Part shown: positions 25,634 to 39,700 of the stretch, piece after piece
Numbering within the stretch: position 1 is the stretch's first letter
Layout: each line of letters opens with the position of its first letter
Assembly: GCA_050273025.1 (NCBI GenBank)
Contig: CP158636.1
Location: 3,968,001 to 4,032,000 of the forward strand
DNA from: Cenococcum geophilum
Taxonomy: Eukaryota
DNA length: 64,000 nt
Direction of reading: 5' to 3'
Position numbers and translations under genes: made by a program
The notes under the pieces: generated by a model
The model's database searches: none
Told to the model about the DNA's origin: nothing
Seen by the model: only the letters and a program-made list of their open reading frames with translations

Positions 25634-26834
25634 ATGACTACATCGTGAGTCCCAATACGCCTCCTAACCTAGCGATTCTCTAGAAAAAGGCCAGGTAAAA
25701 ATCACAGCTCACTGACATTATCCCAGATGGCCGTTTCGGCAGCTTCGAGTGCCTACCCAAAATGACCTCCACTTCGAGCCTGCGCAACTGCGACGTCTTC
25801 CCGCAGAGCTTCGGTTGGTAATTTTCTGCTTCGTGTTTGATGAGAATTTCGGGAGAGATCATCGGATCTTGCTGTGTCGGGATTCTAGCAGCTTGGAGTT
25901 TTTATACAGCGAGGCTCTGCAGAGAACATGTCCATACTTGGATTCAAGACTTGTCGGCCTAGACGTTGCAACAGAGGCCGCAGAGGCATTTTATCGAAGC
26001 GGAATTCACCTTTACTCTGGCCTAGGCCAGCTCCTGAATGTCTTGGAGCACTGTCCACTCTCGTCAAATGCCACCCCCGGCAGGTTCGTCACATGTTTGA
26101 GGTTGTCCATTGACGAAGACGTCGAGTATACCGGTGATAATATCGGCCGTCACTCTTTGCGGAAAGCAGACTGGGTGCTGCTAGATGACCAAGACAATGA
26201 ACGAATGTTGCAACCAAGAAGATCACAGCTAATGCGACGCTGCTCTAAAGTCGTGTTAAAGATGCCTAAACTAAAGATTTTCCACCTCCTTATTAAACCA
26301 GCCGATGAATGGAAGTCGGAGGACAAGCTTTCACTTTGGGAGATGAGGGATTGTGTCCCTATTATCTTTCGACTGCGGGCACGCGGCATCAATGCCTGTG
26401 CCTTCCTGAAAGTCATGCCATCGATAGGAAATCTAAACGGAAGTAAACAGAAGGTAAACGAAACACGATACATAAACTCCACTGTTGACGTTTCGATGTG
26501 TTTCCCATTCTACAACCCCATAAACAATGGCCTATCTGACCATGGCGGCATCGTGCATGTCGGTGAAGGAGTTTATAGCAGAAACAGCCACAGCTGGGAA
26601 CAGTCTGATATTCGAAGGCGCAACGCAGAGGCACTGAGAGAATTGTTTAGCCGCCTGGCTGCCGACAAACGTAAGCATTCCCCACAAACTTCTATTTTTA
26701 CTAATAATACTGTTTCAGGTCTTGACTATGTTGACGGGGACTTTAGAAGGGTAGTCAAGAAAAATGGGAAGAGAGGACCGGTTGGTTTAGGCCCATCAAC
26801 AGAGCAGGCGCAAAAGAAGGCCCGAAAGTCATGA
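25634..26834 (+). CDS. Orphan protein with an F-box-like N-terminal motif and C-terminal basic patch (probable exons 25634-25644, 25727-26834)
   Basis: 361-codon open frame; LRRLPAELRLVIF; GTGAGT...CTGAC...CAG intron puts ATG 25634 in frame; ends KKARKS. Confidence 0.6.
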
Positions 26835-28487
26835 AGGTTAAATTTCATTGAGACACCATTGCTCAGATCTGATTGTCATGGGCACGTAAATATCTTAATC
26901 TGTTGAATAGAATGATGTACTCTGACATATTTGCCTTAGTTTGATAGCCTCTATGATGTACAGCTATAACATATTCGGCTGTAAAAGAGTGCTTCGGGGC
27001 ATACCTAAACTCTTTCCGAAATTTGGATCAGCAACTGAACGACTTGTGGGCAGTGATTGTATTGGACTGGGGTAATGTTGGAGCTCCATGTGGATCTAGG
27101 GGTCGCATCGGAGCTGGATCTAGTGATTTTAGATCCGGAGTAGAGTGGATCTGGTTGAACTGGGGCTCCTGGAGCTCCAGTTCTATACCCGAATGGGAAG
27201 AGTTCTATACCCAAATCGGAAGGAGGTTAAAGGAGGAAGGACCAAAATGTGTTAATGCGGGTATTAAGGACTAGCAGAGCCAATTGTTAGCTCTAGCGGT
27301 GAGCGTCTGCCCTAGAAAACGCGTGTATTATTAGTATAGAATTAAGGACAGCTTGTTATCGTCGCGTTGTTGCTGCTACTTCTACCGTCTAACCTTATTT
27401 TCTCTTACCTACCTACTGCCGCTATGGAGCGATTTTATTTTTAACTCCGCACCTTTATTGTATCTAACGACGTTATCCTTATACTGGAGTGGCTTAACAA
27501 AAAGGCTAAGGGCTAGGCGGAGGTTAAAGAGTTTAAGCTATAGGGTAAGCAGTATATTCGCTATAAGGCCTTAACAAAGGGACCAAAGAATACTAAGCTA
27601 CGATCATCGCTAATTTGGAAGTAGGGGGAGGATATATAGGAGAAGGATGATACTACTAAGACGTAGTACTTCTATTGCTACCTATATAAGAAGGTAAAGC
27701 GTCAGTAGGAGCTTATAGTTGTATTATCTAGAAGAACTACTGCTTTAGATTACCTTAAATTTAACTACTATATAAACTATATTTCTGGCGAGCTTTAACT
27801 AAAAGAACCTTTACCAAATTAGCTAATAATTAAGGAATATCCATAGGCAAAGTCTCTTAATCTATAACGAAACTTTAAGGCCTTTAAATACCTATTAATT
27901 TAATAGATTGTTAGCTACTATATCGCCTTTTTTTAATTTAAAAACGAGTATTTCTAAATACTCCTATTCTATATTTATCTAGGGCTTATAAAGTTCCTAC
28001 TAAAGACTAAAAAGATAATACGCGGTTAGGTTATTACAGCTTTTAAATAAAGGAAAATAAAACTAAGGAGGGAACTCTACGCAGCTTATAGTTCTATATT
28101 AATATCCTTTAATCTTTAGACTTTACCAAATAGGTATATAATTCTGGGTATTGCTACCTATTTTATTAACCAGTATAGTAAGCGTCGGTATGTAATACTA
28201 GGCCTCCATAAGGTAGTTAGTAAATATAGTAGCGAGAATATAGCGGTTGTCCTGCTTACTCTATTTAAGGAGTATTAAATTAGTGGCAATATTAGGTATT
28301 TTATGGCTAATAACGCTAAGTTAAACAATACCTGTATTAACGCAATCCTTTAAGTCCTCTATTTAAAGATATTAGTAAAAAAGCGGAAAGAACAACGGCT
28401 ATACTGCTTTGGCTATATTACAAATCTCTACGCGCAGGCTTTTATTATTAGAAAGGATGCTAAGAAAATCTATAAGGAGTTGGTAAC

Positions 28488-28681
28488 TGTTGGAAATATA
28501 GGGCAAATCACTAATACTACTCGAGTAGATACAGTGATGGAATAGGTTCTTGTTCTAGATAGGGGAGGGTAAGAAATTTAAGGTTCCTCACCACGCTAGT
28601 GCCGCAACGGCACGTGACGGCAAGTTGCCTCACGTGACGGTAATATGCCGCACGTAAGGGCAAATTGCCTTATTCCTAACA
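28488..28681 (-). repeat. 3' LTR of nested Copia-like element
   Basis: TGTTGG...CTAACA; direct repeat of 40843-41036 differing only by transitions. Confidence 0.93.
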
Positions 28682-31600
28682 CTAGCAACTCTTCTTTTTA
28701 TAGTTGCTATCTATATATAAACAGATAGTATATAATAATACGACCATAGGCAGACTATAGCAGAATTTAGTAGGTAATACGCCTTATTCTACCGACCCAA
28801 ACTTCTACTAACTAATTACGATTTTCTATCCCCAGGATAGAAAATTGCTATTAGCTCACTTACTACTAGCGCCTTAGCGGCCCTTACTACATCTTCTACT
28901 CCCTCTTAACCCAACCTTTAACTTATATATATAGAGTATTTATATTAATAAACGTCTCTAGTGCCTTATTTAGGTTTACCTTCATCATTACATCTGCTAG
29001 GTTATCTTAGCTATTAATCTATTAAATCTTAAAGAGTTCTTAACGCTTATAAAATTGCTATAGTACTATAATATTAATTATAAGGCGCTTCTCCTTTATA
29101 GTACTAAGCTTAACTAAATACTTATAGAGGGAATATAAGTTGGTATATATAATCATAGAGATAACGGGGAGTTTAAGTTAATCTATAATTATCTTTAAGG
29201 TAGTTCTAATTGCAATTGCTATATTAACTCCGCCAACTATTCTATATATCTCTAACGCTAGAACGCTTTAAGTAACGCATTTACTTTTAGTTAAGCTCTA
29301 ATAAATAAGATTATTATAGATTGTAAAGTTACTCTCTCTAGTAGATTTATTTGCGATAATAATCTTATATCCTAGCTAGAAGCTAAAATCTTTATTATTT
29401 ATAAACGATCTATTAACAAATATAAAAAGCTTAGCGGTAGGAAGGTTAATAGGCACATAGAGCAGTCCTTAATTAAGATAGCTTCTTTACTAGAAAAGAC
29501 GCTTATTTAGGGCAAGGATATCCTCCTTAGTTAGTTCTTAGTATTAAGCGGCAACAGAGAGATTAAAGGAAGCTTTAGGTTAATAGATAGAAGCTATATA
29601 AGCTCTATAAGCGCGTTACTCTATATATCCTTACTTTAGAGAATTAACATTAATAACGTTAATCTTCTTGCCTTAACCTTTCTGGCGTAGGGCAATGGAA
29701 TCCTTATTTAGGGAAATAATGCATCTATTAAAGAGTAATAGTATTATTAAATTAAGTTTTTCCTTTAGCTTTACTATAAGATTTACCTTTACTAGCTCAT
29801 CTTCTTTAAGAGCTAAGAATTAGTCGTCTCCTAAGATAATTATATTATCTATTTATATGCCGATAATTCTAAATAGAGTTCCTATAGTTATAATAAGGAA
29901 GCAGGGATTAAATATAGAAGTAGTTATTAAAAGCTTCTCTTTATAGTGCTTGCTGTAAGTAACCCACTAATAAATTCCTACCTCTGCAATTCTATATAGT
30001 GGCTTAAGCACAACCATAATCGTATCTTTGGGATATTAGTGGCGAATTTGCTCTAAAAGGTATGCCAGTATTAAGCGCTAAAGGCGTATCTCTAATTAGG
30101 TATAGGCCTAGGTAATATCTTATAAATAAACCGCTATTCTATTCTTTATTAAGGAGGGAGCTAGCGTAATAATAACTCGCTAACTAGCTTATTAAATTAT
30201 AGGGGATTATATAAGAATTACTTCCTTACCATTATTATTATAACCTTAAATAACTAGCCTTAACTTCTTAAATGGGGTATTAGTAGCTTTACCTTTAATC
30301 TTATTAACCATTCTTAACCTAAATATACAAACCCTATTAAACTTAATAGGGTTATACTTCTTAAACTTAAAGACTCCTCTTATAATAAAACCGTCGATCT
30401 CCTACTTATTAGATACTTAGAAAGGAGCTCCTAGAGTTATAATACGGCCTTCCTTTTAGAGCTATTTTGCGAGCTTAAAGTTAGCCTTCTCTTTAGCTGT
30501 TATAAAGGCTATTAATAGCTTAACTCTATTCTTAATAGCGGCAACAAGTTACTCTTTAAAATTAATAAGGTATTAGCGGTTTTGTAATCCTTTTAGGCGA
30601 CCTCTACCGCGTTATAGTTGCGGCGTATCTACTATAGTTATATTAGGGTTATAGTCGCCTTCTAGGGCACGTTAATTATAGTTCTCCTCTAGGGCATCTC
30701 CTAGGGTATCTTCTAGGGTATCCTATAAAGGCTTAGAACTATTATCTTTATAGTAAGGCTTAATAATAGTTAAACGGAATTAAGTAGGTCTATAGGGTAT
30801 CTAAAGAGTATAAGTCTAACCATTAATTATAATAAGTTTATATAGGCCTAACTATCCTCCCTTTTTACGCTATACGCGTACCTTAGATTAGAGTGGCAGA
30901 TTAAGCGTAATTAAGGTATTTGGGCCATTTCTTATTCCTAATATATCGTTAACCTAACGCGTGGCGTAGAGACGTCGCACCTCCTTTATTGCCTTGTAAA
31001 TCGCCTCAGCTTATTATATAATAGAGGGAGATAGTAAAGAATCATTAGTTATTTAAGAGTAGGCGCTAAAGACTAGCAATATAGGTACAAGCCCATTTAG
31101 GCCAGCGGTATTGTTAATAGCCTTAATAGCTATCTATAGGATAAGCTTTTTACTAGCACCCTTTAGTTTTAAAGAAATAATCTTATATACGCGGCGTAAT
31201 AGCGTATAGTATTATTTTACCTTTCCGACACTATTATATGCCTTAATAGGGACTTCCTTAACCTTAATTATTATTACCTTTACCTATTATTAAAACTCTA
31301 TAGATAAAAAGTTCTTTTCTATATCGTAAATAATTTAATTAGGGGGTCCTAGGTAGACATTAATCTAGTATAATTAAAGAGTATCCTATATATTCCTAGC
31401 TAATATATCTTTTAAAAAGCGTGCGGCTTAGAAGGAGGTTAAGAAGTTAATAACTTAGAGTACTGGCTTGCCGCTAAGATATATAACATCTATAATAATA
31501 TAGAAGTTAAAGTTATAGTTATCTTTAAGGGTAAACTTAAATTGGCTGGGGGACTTCTAGTTTATTTAGCAGTAATAGCAGTACTTTATAAGATATTTAA

Positions 31601-33762
31601 TTGCCTTAACCTTAACATTATAACCTGCTTATTAAAGAACCCTAAGCAGTTAGTAAACGGATAGGTGGCTAAAATAACGATATAGTTAACGTAGCTCTAA
31701 CTTAATTAAGTGACTCTAAGCAACGCTCCTTTTTAGCTATTAAAGGAGCAACTAAGGGTAACCCTACTTGCGTATAACGGGCACCTAATTATCTCCCTAA
31801 ATAAGTATATTCTTAAGGTTATTAAGCTTAACGCCTAATTTATCTATATTTTAGATGCAGAATAGGAATAGGGTATTTATAGGAATAATATAGAAAGTAA
31901 TATATCCTAACGGGGTTTAGACCTTAATTATGCTAAGAGAGATTATAGTACCCTTACCAAAGCGAATTATATATTAGCCTGCCATTAATTAGTTAATCTA
32001 AATAAAACTATTAAGCTGCTAAAGAGCTTGGACTTAAGGTTCTCCTATTATAGATACTCCTACGGCTCTAGTATCTGGCATAATACTATAAAAGACATTC
32101 GCCGAGTATCTATTGTTAAAGGAAAACGCGGAACTTTTCTTTAGCTTATTAAAGATATCTAACCTTATAATAGAATAGAGCGTAGATTAGTTATTAAGGA
32201 TAGCAACGGTTTATATGCTATTTACCTTACCATACTTAGTAAAGTATTAGTTAGGAGAGTAGTCCTTAATTTCTATATCTATAAGGAGTTGTTTAGCCTT
32301 ATTAATCTTACCCTTAAGATCTTCTTCGCCTTTATATTAAACTAGAAAGCTTTAGAAGTAGGCTATAGTAACTTCTTAATTTCTAACATTTTATATGCTC
32401 TAGCGAAACTTATTATATACCTCCTTTCGTTTATTAAGGGGGTATCTAGTTAACTAGTAATTTGGCTTTATATAAACGTAGTATTTCTTCTACTAATTAT
32501 TATAAAATAAACCTCTACAAGGACCTCCATAATTGCTTTATAGTTAACGTTAATTATACCCTCTACTATATCCCCTACTACAATAACTATATATTTAATT
32601 AGTCTAGTTATAATTATATTAGTTAGCTAGGTCGATTAAAGTAGGTTAGAGTTAGGTATTAAATTGCTATACTTTTTAAGAGCGTAGGGCGGTGCTAATA
32701 GAGGATCTTAATTAAGTATATACTCCTTTATAAGTACTTATAGGGTTAAAGAGAGTAAGGTTATATTCTTTAATACCTTAATATACGCTAATAACTTAAT
32801 TATATAGGCTAAAGTCCTCTTAATATAATTTGGATAAACTACGCTAAATTATTTAGAGTTAATTAAAGAGCTTTTAAAGATAATCGAGTTAAGAGGCACC
32901 TAGGTTTATAGCAATAATTCTTAGAAAGGTAGTCTCTCTCCACTCCGACATATACTGCTGCTTATTCTCCTTTATTTTAAAGTAGCATCTTATTTTATAT
33001 ATTATTCGGTTAAAATTATATCCTTTTCCTACTAAATAATTATAGTAGAAGGTACTAGCTCGGCCCTTAAGTATAACTAAATAAGTAATATAGTATTAAT
33101 TAGGTTCTAGTCTAACCTTTTAGTAACAGTCGTAGAAGATATATAACTTTAAATTAAGGATATTATACAGTTCTCTACTAAACTTCTTCTCCTATTCTAA
33201 ATAGAGCTTTATAAGCTCTATAAGCATTTTTAAGGTGCCTCTAATTAGTATTTAGCTATATTATATTATAGGCTGCAATAATAACGTAGATCTAGTTAGC
33301 GAAGTTTAAAGGTTATTAGACCGCGAAGTAAGGGGATCTTGTACTTATTAGGGGTTGTTAATTAAGGCTATAGGTTAAGCTAGTTAATATAGGGGAGTTA
33401 AAGATAGAGGTAGAGGTAATAGATATAGAATATTAAAACTTATGCCTAGAGTAATAGAGTTAAAACGCGTCTCTAGTAGTATATTACTTAGGTTCCATTA
33501 TAATTTAAGCTTCTTTATAGTGCGTAGTTAGTGCTTAATCTCTTATAGAGTCTATTTATACTCTTCCTTTATATTAATAACATATTCCTAAATATTGTCC
33601 CTAATACTACCCCTATCTATAGGGATAAATACTCTATACTCCTAAAGGAAGTTACGGAAGTCCTATACAATATCTTTATTTATAGGAACCTATATTTCCT
33701 TTATCTATTTAATAAAGTCCTCCTTTATATAATACTATAGCGCGGTATTATTATATTCGCTA

Positions 33763-36700
33763 GCCCGCGAAGCCCTACTGCACGCGTCTACGTCGCCGCA
33801 GGTGGAAACATCATCGGGAAATCATTCCTTATAATGGCTAAGTGCAGAGGCGATAGAGGAGAGCCGTCGCAGCGCGCGCAGCGCGCTGGTGTTGCGACTC
33901 TGTGGTGTTGAGCCTGCGACGCGTATATCGCCCTCAACAACACCAGGAGTCCTACTGCCCCCGCTTAGGGCTCCTGCTATACCATCTAGGGGGGCCATTA
34001 AGGGAAACTAGGATACGAAAACCGCCCGACGTATGACTACCTGGCTCGCAGCTAGGCCCGAAACTGGCCTTATTCAGCCAGTCGACGTAGACGCGCCCTA
34101 GGCGTACGACAGGACACCCTTGGGCTTGCACTAGCTCTAAAACCGAGAGGATACGGCAAAGGCGTAGGGAACCTCTTTTTATAAGAACTTGTTAAGGTTA
34201 ACGCGTCGCAGATACTTTGTACGAAACTTATTAAGGCCCTAAGGCTACCACGAAGAACTTATTAAGGCCCTACCTAGAGAACTCGTTAAGGCCCCTCTAT
34301 GAGGGCCTATCTGGTATCCGGTATACCCAGGTAACTCAAAAAAGGGTCTTAATAGGCGTAGTACGCGCGACCTGGACGACGGCGACGCGCCGGCGACGTA
34401 ACGGCAATATAATGGCGACCGGACGGCGACCAGACGGCTTAACGAGGTGGAAACACGGGTAAAGCTCTAGGTAGCGGAAACACAGGCCAGCTTTGACGGC
34501 CCTATGGCGTTCGACTTACAGTCAACTCATAGTTGACTTACGGTCGACTTATAGGCGACTTATAGGAGGGTCTTAATAGGCGTAGTGCACGTAACCTAAT
34601 GCGCATATGTATAAGGCGACTTATAGGAGGGTCTTAATAGGCGTGGTGTACGCAACCTAATATATATATATGGGGGAGGCTGCAGGGGAAATATAGGCCA
34701 GTTGGACGAGGACTTAATAGTTAGAGATATAGGCCAGCTTATAAAAAGGGGGGACATAAGCTTAGTTAGTAGGAGGGGGGAGAGTAGGTCGCCTGGTGCG
34801 GGACCTAGTCTTTACGGCCCCCCTCCTATAAGACACGGTCGGCCTATTATAAGGAGACTCTTATAGGTAACGCGAAACGGGAACTAGTAGTATATAGGGT
34901 GTTGCGCCCCTATATTACTACTAGCTTCCTATAGGGCGTAGTACGTAGTAGCTACTACTGGCTCCAAGGACCTTATCCCTTAATTAGGCTCTGACCTTTA
35001 GTGCACCTGGTAGGCAGGTAGGATTATACCCTAGCTAGAGAGACTACTACATGGCTTAAGAGAACGGATGCGCGTATTAGTATATTAATAGACGGAACCG
35101 TTCGCCTCTAGGGCGGCTCGCCAATAAGATATGCTTAAGGAGCAAACAGGAGTTACTCAGGCGAAAGAGGCAGTGGCTCGGCCTCGTCCGTAGAAGGTAT
35201 ACCCAACTATATTACAGGATGTAGCTACGACGCCTCTATAGGATTACGTCAGTAGGCGCGAAGATAGGAGTTGCGACCCCTAGAAACGGTAGCTTATGCC
35301 CACGCCAGCGGAAATAATAAAGAAGGCGTGAAACTAGAGGCTATGGAAGGCTCCTAAGCCGTACAAAAGCGTACCAACTCTAGAAGGAAACTCTTATATA
35401 GACTACTAGGGGGTAGACTAATACTCGGGTAATACCGTTATAAGATATCCAAAAGAACTAGTAAAATTCCCCGCAATTGGTGGTGGCAGCTAACTGCTTA
35501 TAGTTTAGGACTAAAGTACTAAAAAACTGGGGTAGAGGCCTAGATAAGTAGGTATATTAAACTCTACTGTATTACTAGCTAATATATAACTACCTGCTTA
35601 TACTAGGACTTAAAATCACCTAAATCTAATAGCTTTGATAGGAAAATATAAACTAAGTATATAACGAAAACAATAAGAGGATATGAGGGTCGCTAGAGAC
35701 TCGCTAGGGAGACGCTAGACGAACGCATGGCTCCCTTATTATCAGCATATATATACTAGGAATGCAAAAACTCCTTATCTAAAAAGGAATAATTATAAAT
35801 GGCCTTATATATAATACAAGGCTCTATAACCACAGACTACGCCTAAAATAATGCTATCGCTATATATAATAGGGACATACCCAATCTATATACGCAGTAT
35901 AGGTGTGCTGCGGCCACTATACAGGCCCCCACGATATAAGATATTACTTAAATTAAGACCAAACAAAATGCGCAAACTGCCACCGAAGCATATATAAGGC
36001 GTAGGAGAGAGAAGACTGCATTAAATACAGGAGATGGAAGGTAAGGGCTTAACAGCTACGGGAATAACTGTACGCTAGGTTATATAAATGGAAACAACAG
36101 GTAATAAGCTAGGGGGACATAGGCGCCTTCCTAGCGTTTCCTACCTTTAACACTAGAGGGCTAGGCCAGCCATCCTAAGCCTTAACGGGCCAGAAGCGAC
36201 GCTACGCGACATCACCAGACCGATCAGGGACATAAGGGCCATAGGGGATATAAGGGAGAGGACGCCCCGTAGGAAGACCCCTATGGACAGCAATAGCAGG
36301 CTTAAGACTAGGACAATTAAGAATTAGACTTAATGCGGCAAATATAACATTCGCAGCCAACCTATAAAGGGTATATAGCTAACCAGTAAGAATAGGGGAA
36401 GAACCGGTAATAATAATAGATTTAGATATAAAAGCGCTAATAGGAACACAAGACACGGGAATAGAAAGCTCTATATAAAATAAGTAATAACTAGGGTATA
36501 GATATAAGAGATAAAAGCTCCGAATATTCTAGAGAAAGTAGAAATAAAAGAAGCGAGAAATAAAGGAAAGTTAAAGAACCCTCGCCAGGGGTCCGCCACC
36601 TATCCATTATATAGTATAACTACAGCAACACAAACCACCGCCTCGCAAGGCCCCTACTAGACAGTCTAGACCCAGAGAAACACTATATCCTTACTATACA

Positions 36701-39700
36701 AGAACCGTATTATAATACCTTCACATAATTAATATACTGCCCCCAAGAATTCCAGCTCCTATACGAACTAAAAGCAGCTATACGCATATACTTTATAATC
36801 AGCAAGGCTATCAGCCTGTCCTTATAGTTATAGCAAGCAGTTAACCCAGATATTGCAGTTATAATAATCTAAACATATAGGGGACCGGTATAAATTATTA
36901 ATGTATATAACCCTAGGGTTAAAGGGGTCCTATAAACAGAGAATATTATATTAGTAATAAGCTTATTAAAAACCAAAGGTATAGAGTCTATCCTACTAGG
37001 AGATATAAACCTCTACCACCCGTAGTAGGGGGGTATCCATATTGCTGCAGATCAACAGTTAGAGTGCCTACTAAGAGCTATAGATATCTAGGGCCTTAAG
37101 CTAGCCACCCCCCTAGAAGCAATTATATGGCAACGAGGCACCGCCAGAAGTATAATTAACCTTATATTTATGGACGAAGGCCTATACTAGAGACTTAAAA
37201 GGTACAACCCTAAAAAAAAATAGGCACTTACCCTAGACTATATCCCTATCCAGATATAGCTAGACCTAGATACTAAAGCGTAACTAAATAGAAAAAGATA
37301 CGTAATAAGGAAGCTTAAGATAGACAGTTTCCTTAATGCAGTTAAACAACAACTCTAAGACCTAGAAGAAATCCACCCAATACTAAACGAGCGAGGCTTA
37401 TTGGCCACCCCTAAGGAAATTAACCAAAGACTAGAAAGGATCTAGGCAGCAATTAAAAATAGGCTAAAAGAGCACTACCCGATCTTAAAACCGGGCCCCT
37501 ATGCGCAATATATATGGTCCACACAATACGCAGTTCTGGTTGCCAGCTAATAATAAGCAAGAAGGAAATATATAAGTAGCCATAACCTTAAAGATAAGAG
37601 ACAATACAAAGATATAAGAAACCAGCTAAAGAATACCCTAAAAAAAGAAGTAAGGAATAACTGGAGACGGTTTATAAACAAGCATACTTCTAACCCGAGC
37701 CTCCCCCATAATAAGGGCCTTTAGGCTATAGCGAAATAGGTAAAGAAAAAGGCAGGGCGCCTAGTAGAAGACCTATACCTACCACCCCTATAAAGAGCAG
37801 GAGAATTATAGGCCACAAACGATAATAATAAAAAGGCAAAGATCCTTATAGAAAGGTTCTTCCCCTAACCGGCTCTAGCAGACCTTAGTAATATTATAGG
37901 TAAAATACTGGTGACTCGCCTATAGGTTAACAGCGACATAACAACAGAGGAAATAGCTAGAACTATTAGCCGCCTTTTAAACAATATAGCACCAGAACTA
38001 GATAGGATTCTAAATAAGGCCCTAAAAACCTATGGGCCACTTATAGCACCTTAGCTTATAGATATAGCCAGAGCATGCTTTGCTATAGGCTACTACCCAT
38101 AACTCGGAAGATCTATAACGACGGTTATCTTATAAAAAGAAGGTAAAGTAGATTACTTAATCCTAGGAAGCTACCGCCCTATTACCTTAGAAAACACCCT
38201 TAGTAAGATCTTAAAAAGGGTAATAGCGAAACGCATAGCAGACACGGTAGAGGAACACGCCCTACTACCACAAAGCTAAATAGGGGCAAGAAAGAACCGC
38301 TTAACACTATCAGCACTTACGCTACTCGCTGCCACTATTAAATCTGCATAGGCGATGCGAAAGGACTTTGTAGTATTAATGCTTAGTCTAGACATTAGTA
38401 GTGCCTACAACAATATACCCCACGAGCGTCTTCTGCATATCCTTAGGGCAAAGGGCTTCCTAGAATGGATTATACAATTTATCTAAGGGTTTACAGGCCA
38501 GAAAGAAATATCACTAGTCTTTAGCGGATACTAGAGCCCCCCTATTATAGTTACAACAGGAATACTACAAGGATTACCCCTCTCGCCTATACTCTTCCTT
38601 TTCTTTATAAGCAACCTGCTTAACTCCTTTAAGGAAGGGGTAACCTAGGGGATAGGCTTTGTTAATGATACAAACCTAATTATATACGGGCCAACAGCTG
38701 TAAAGAATTGCAGAATACTAGAGAAAGCCTATAATACTTATATAGAATAGGCAAAACGTTATAGAGTCTAATTCTTACTAGAGAAATACCAGCTAATCTA
38801 TTTTATAAGAAAACGCAACCAATCTGCAGATCTTTAGCATATAATTCATATCTAAGGCTTTAGGGGTTAACCAGTTTAGGGCCTAAGGGTATTAGGAGTA
38901 TAGGTAGACAGTAAGCTTTAGTGGAGCACATATATGGTGTAAGCGGCCCGTAAAGGCTAAGTACAGTTTATCGCTTTATCTAGGATTGTTAATTCTATAT
39001 AGGGTCTATGCTTCTAGAGGTCACGCCTACTATATATAGCAGTCGTCTGGCTAACCATAACATATAGATCCAGTATTTGGGCTATTGGAGAAACTAAGAA
39101 GGGCTCCCCTAAATTACTCCTTAAACTACTTTAAAAGGTCTAAATAGCCTACCTCTAGAGTATTATAGGCGGGTACAAGCGAACGGCTATAGCACTGCTT
39201 AAGAAGGAATCCAATATTTCCCCCCTATAATTATATATTAAAGCCGCTATAATATAAAGGACACAAAATAAACGCAACTCTAATATTATAAAGTATATTA
39301 AGACACGCCTAAGTAAACTATGGAGGGACCCTAGGGTACCCTATAGGAGAACAAACCAACAACCCTAAAGTAGGGAAGAGATATTAGAGAAATAGGTAAA
39401 GAAAGTAGAAGAAGAATGGTGCCGCTTTAGGGCCTAGGCCTATATAGAGGAGAAAGGGAGACGCATAAGAGGTTAGTAAAGATAATAGTAAGATAGAGAA
39501 AGGAGCTAAAGTAGAATATATAAGAACGCTAGGAAACCATCTACCGTAATACAATACTGGTTGGACCAACGCTAAAGAGGTAAATAGGAGTTAAAGGTAT
39601 AGAGGCTAACTTAGGTAAGATAAACCCAAGCTATAGCATGGTTAACGCTATAGGGGGTAAATACCTAAGGGCTCTGAGAAGGCCTAATAAAGGCAGAAAA

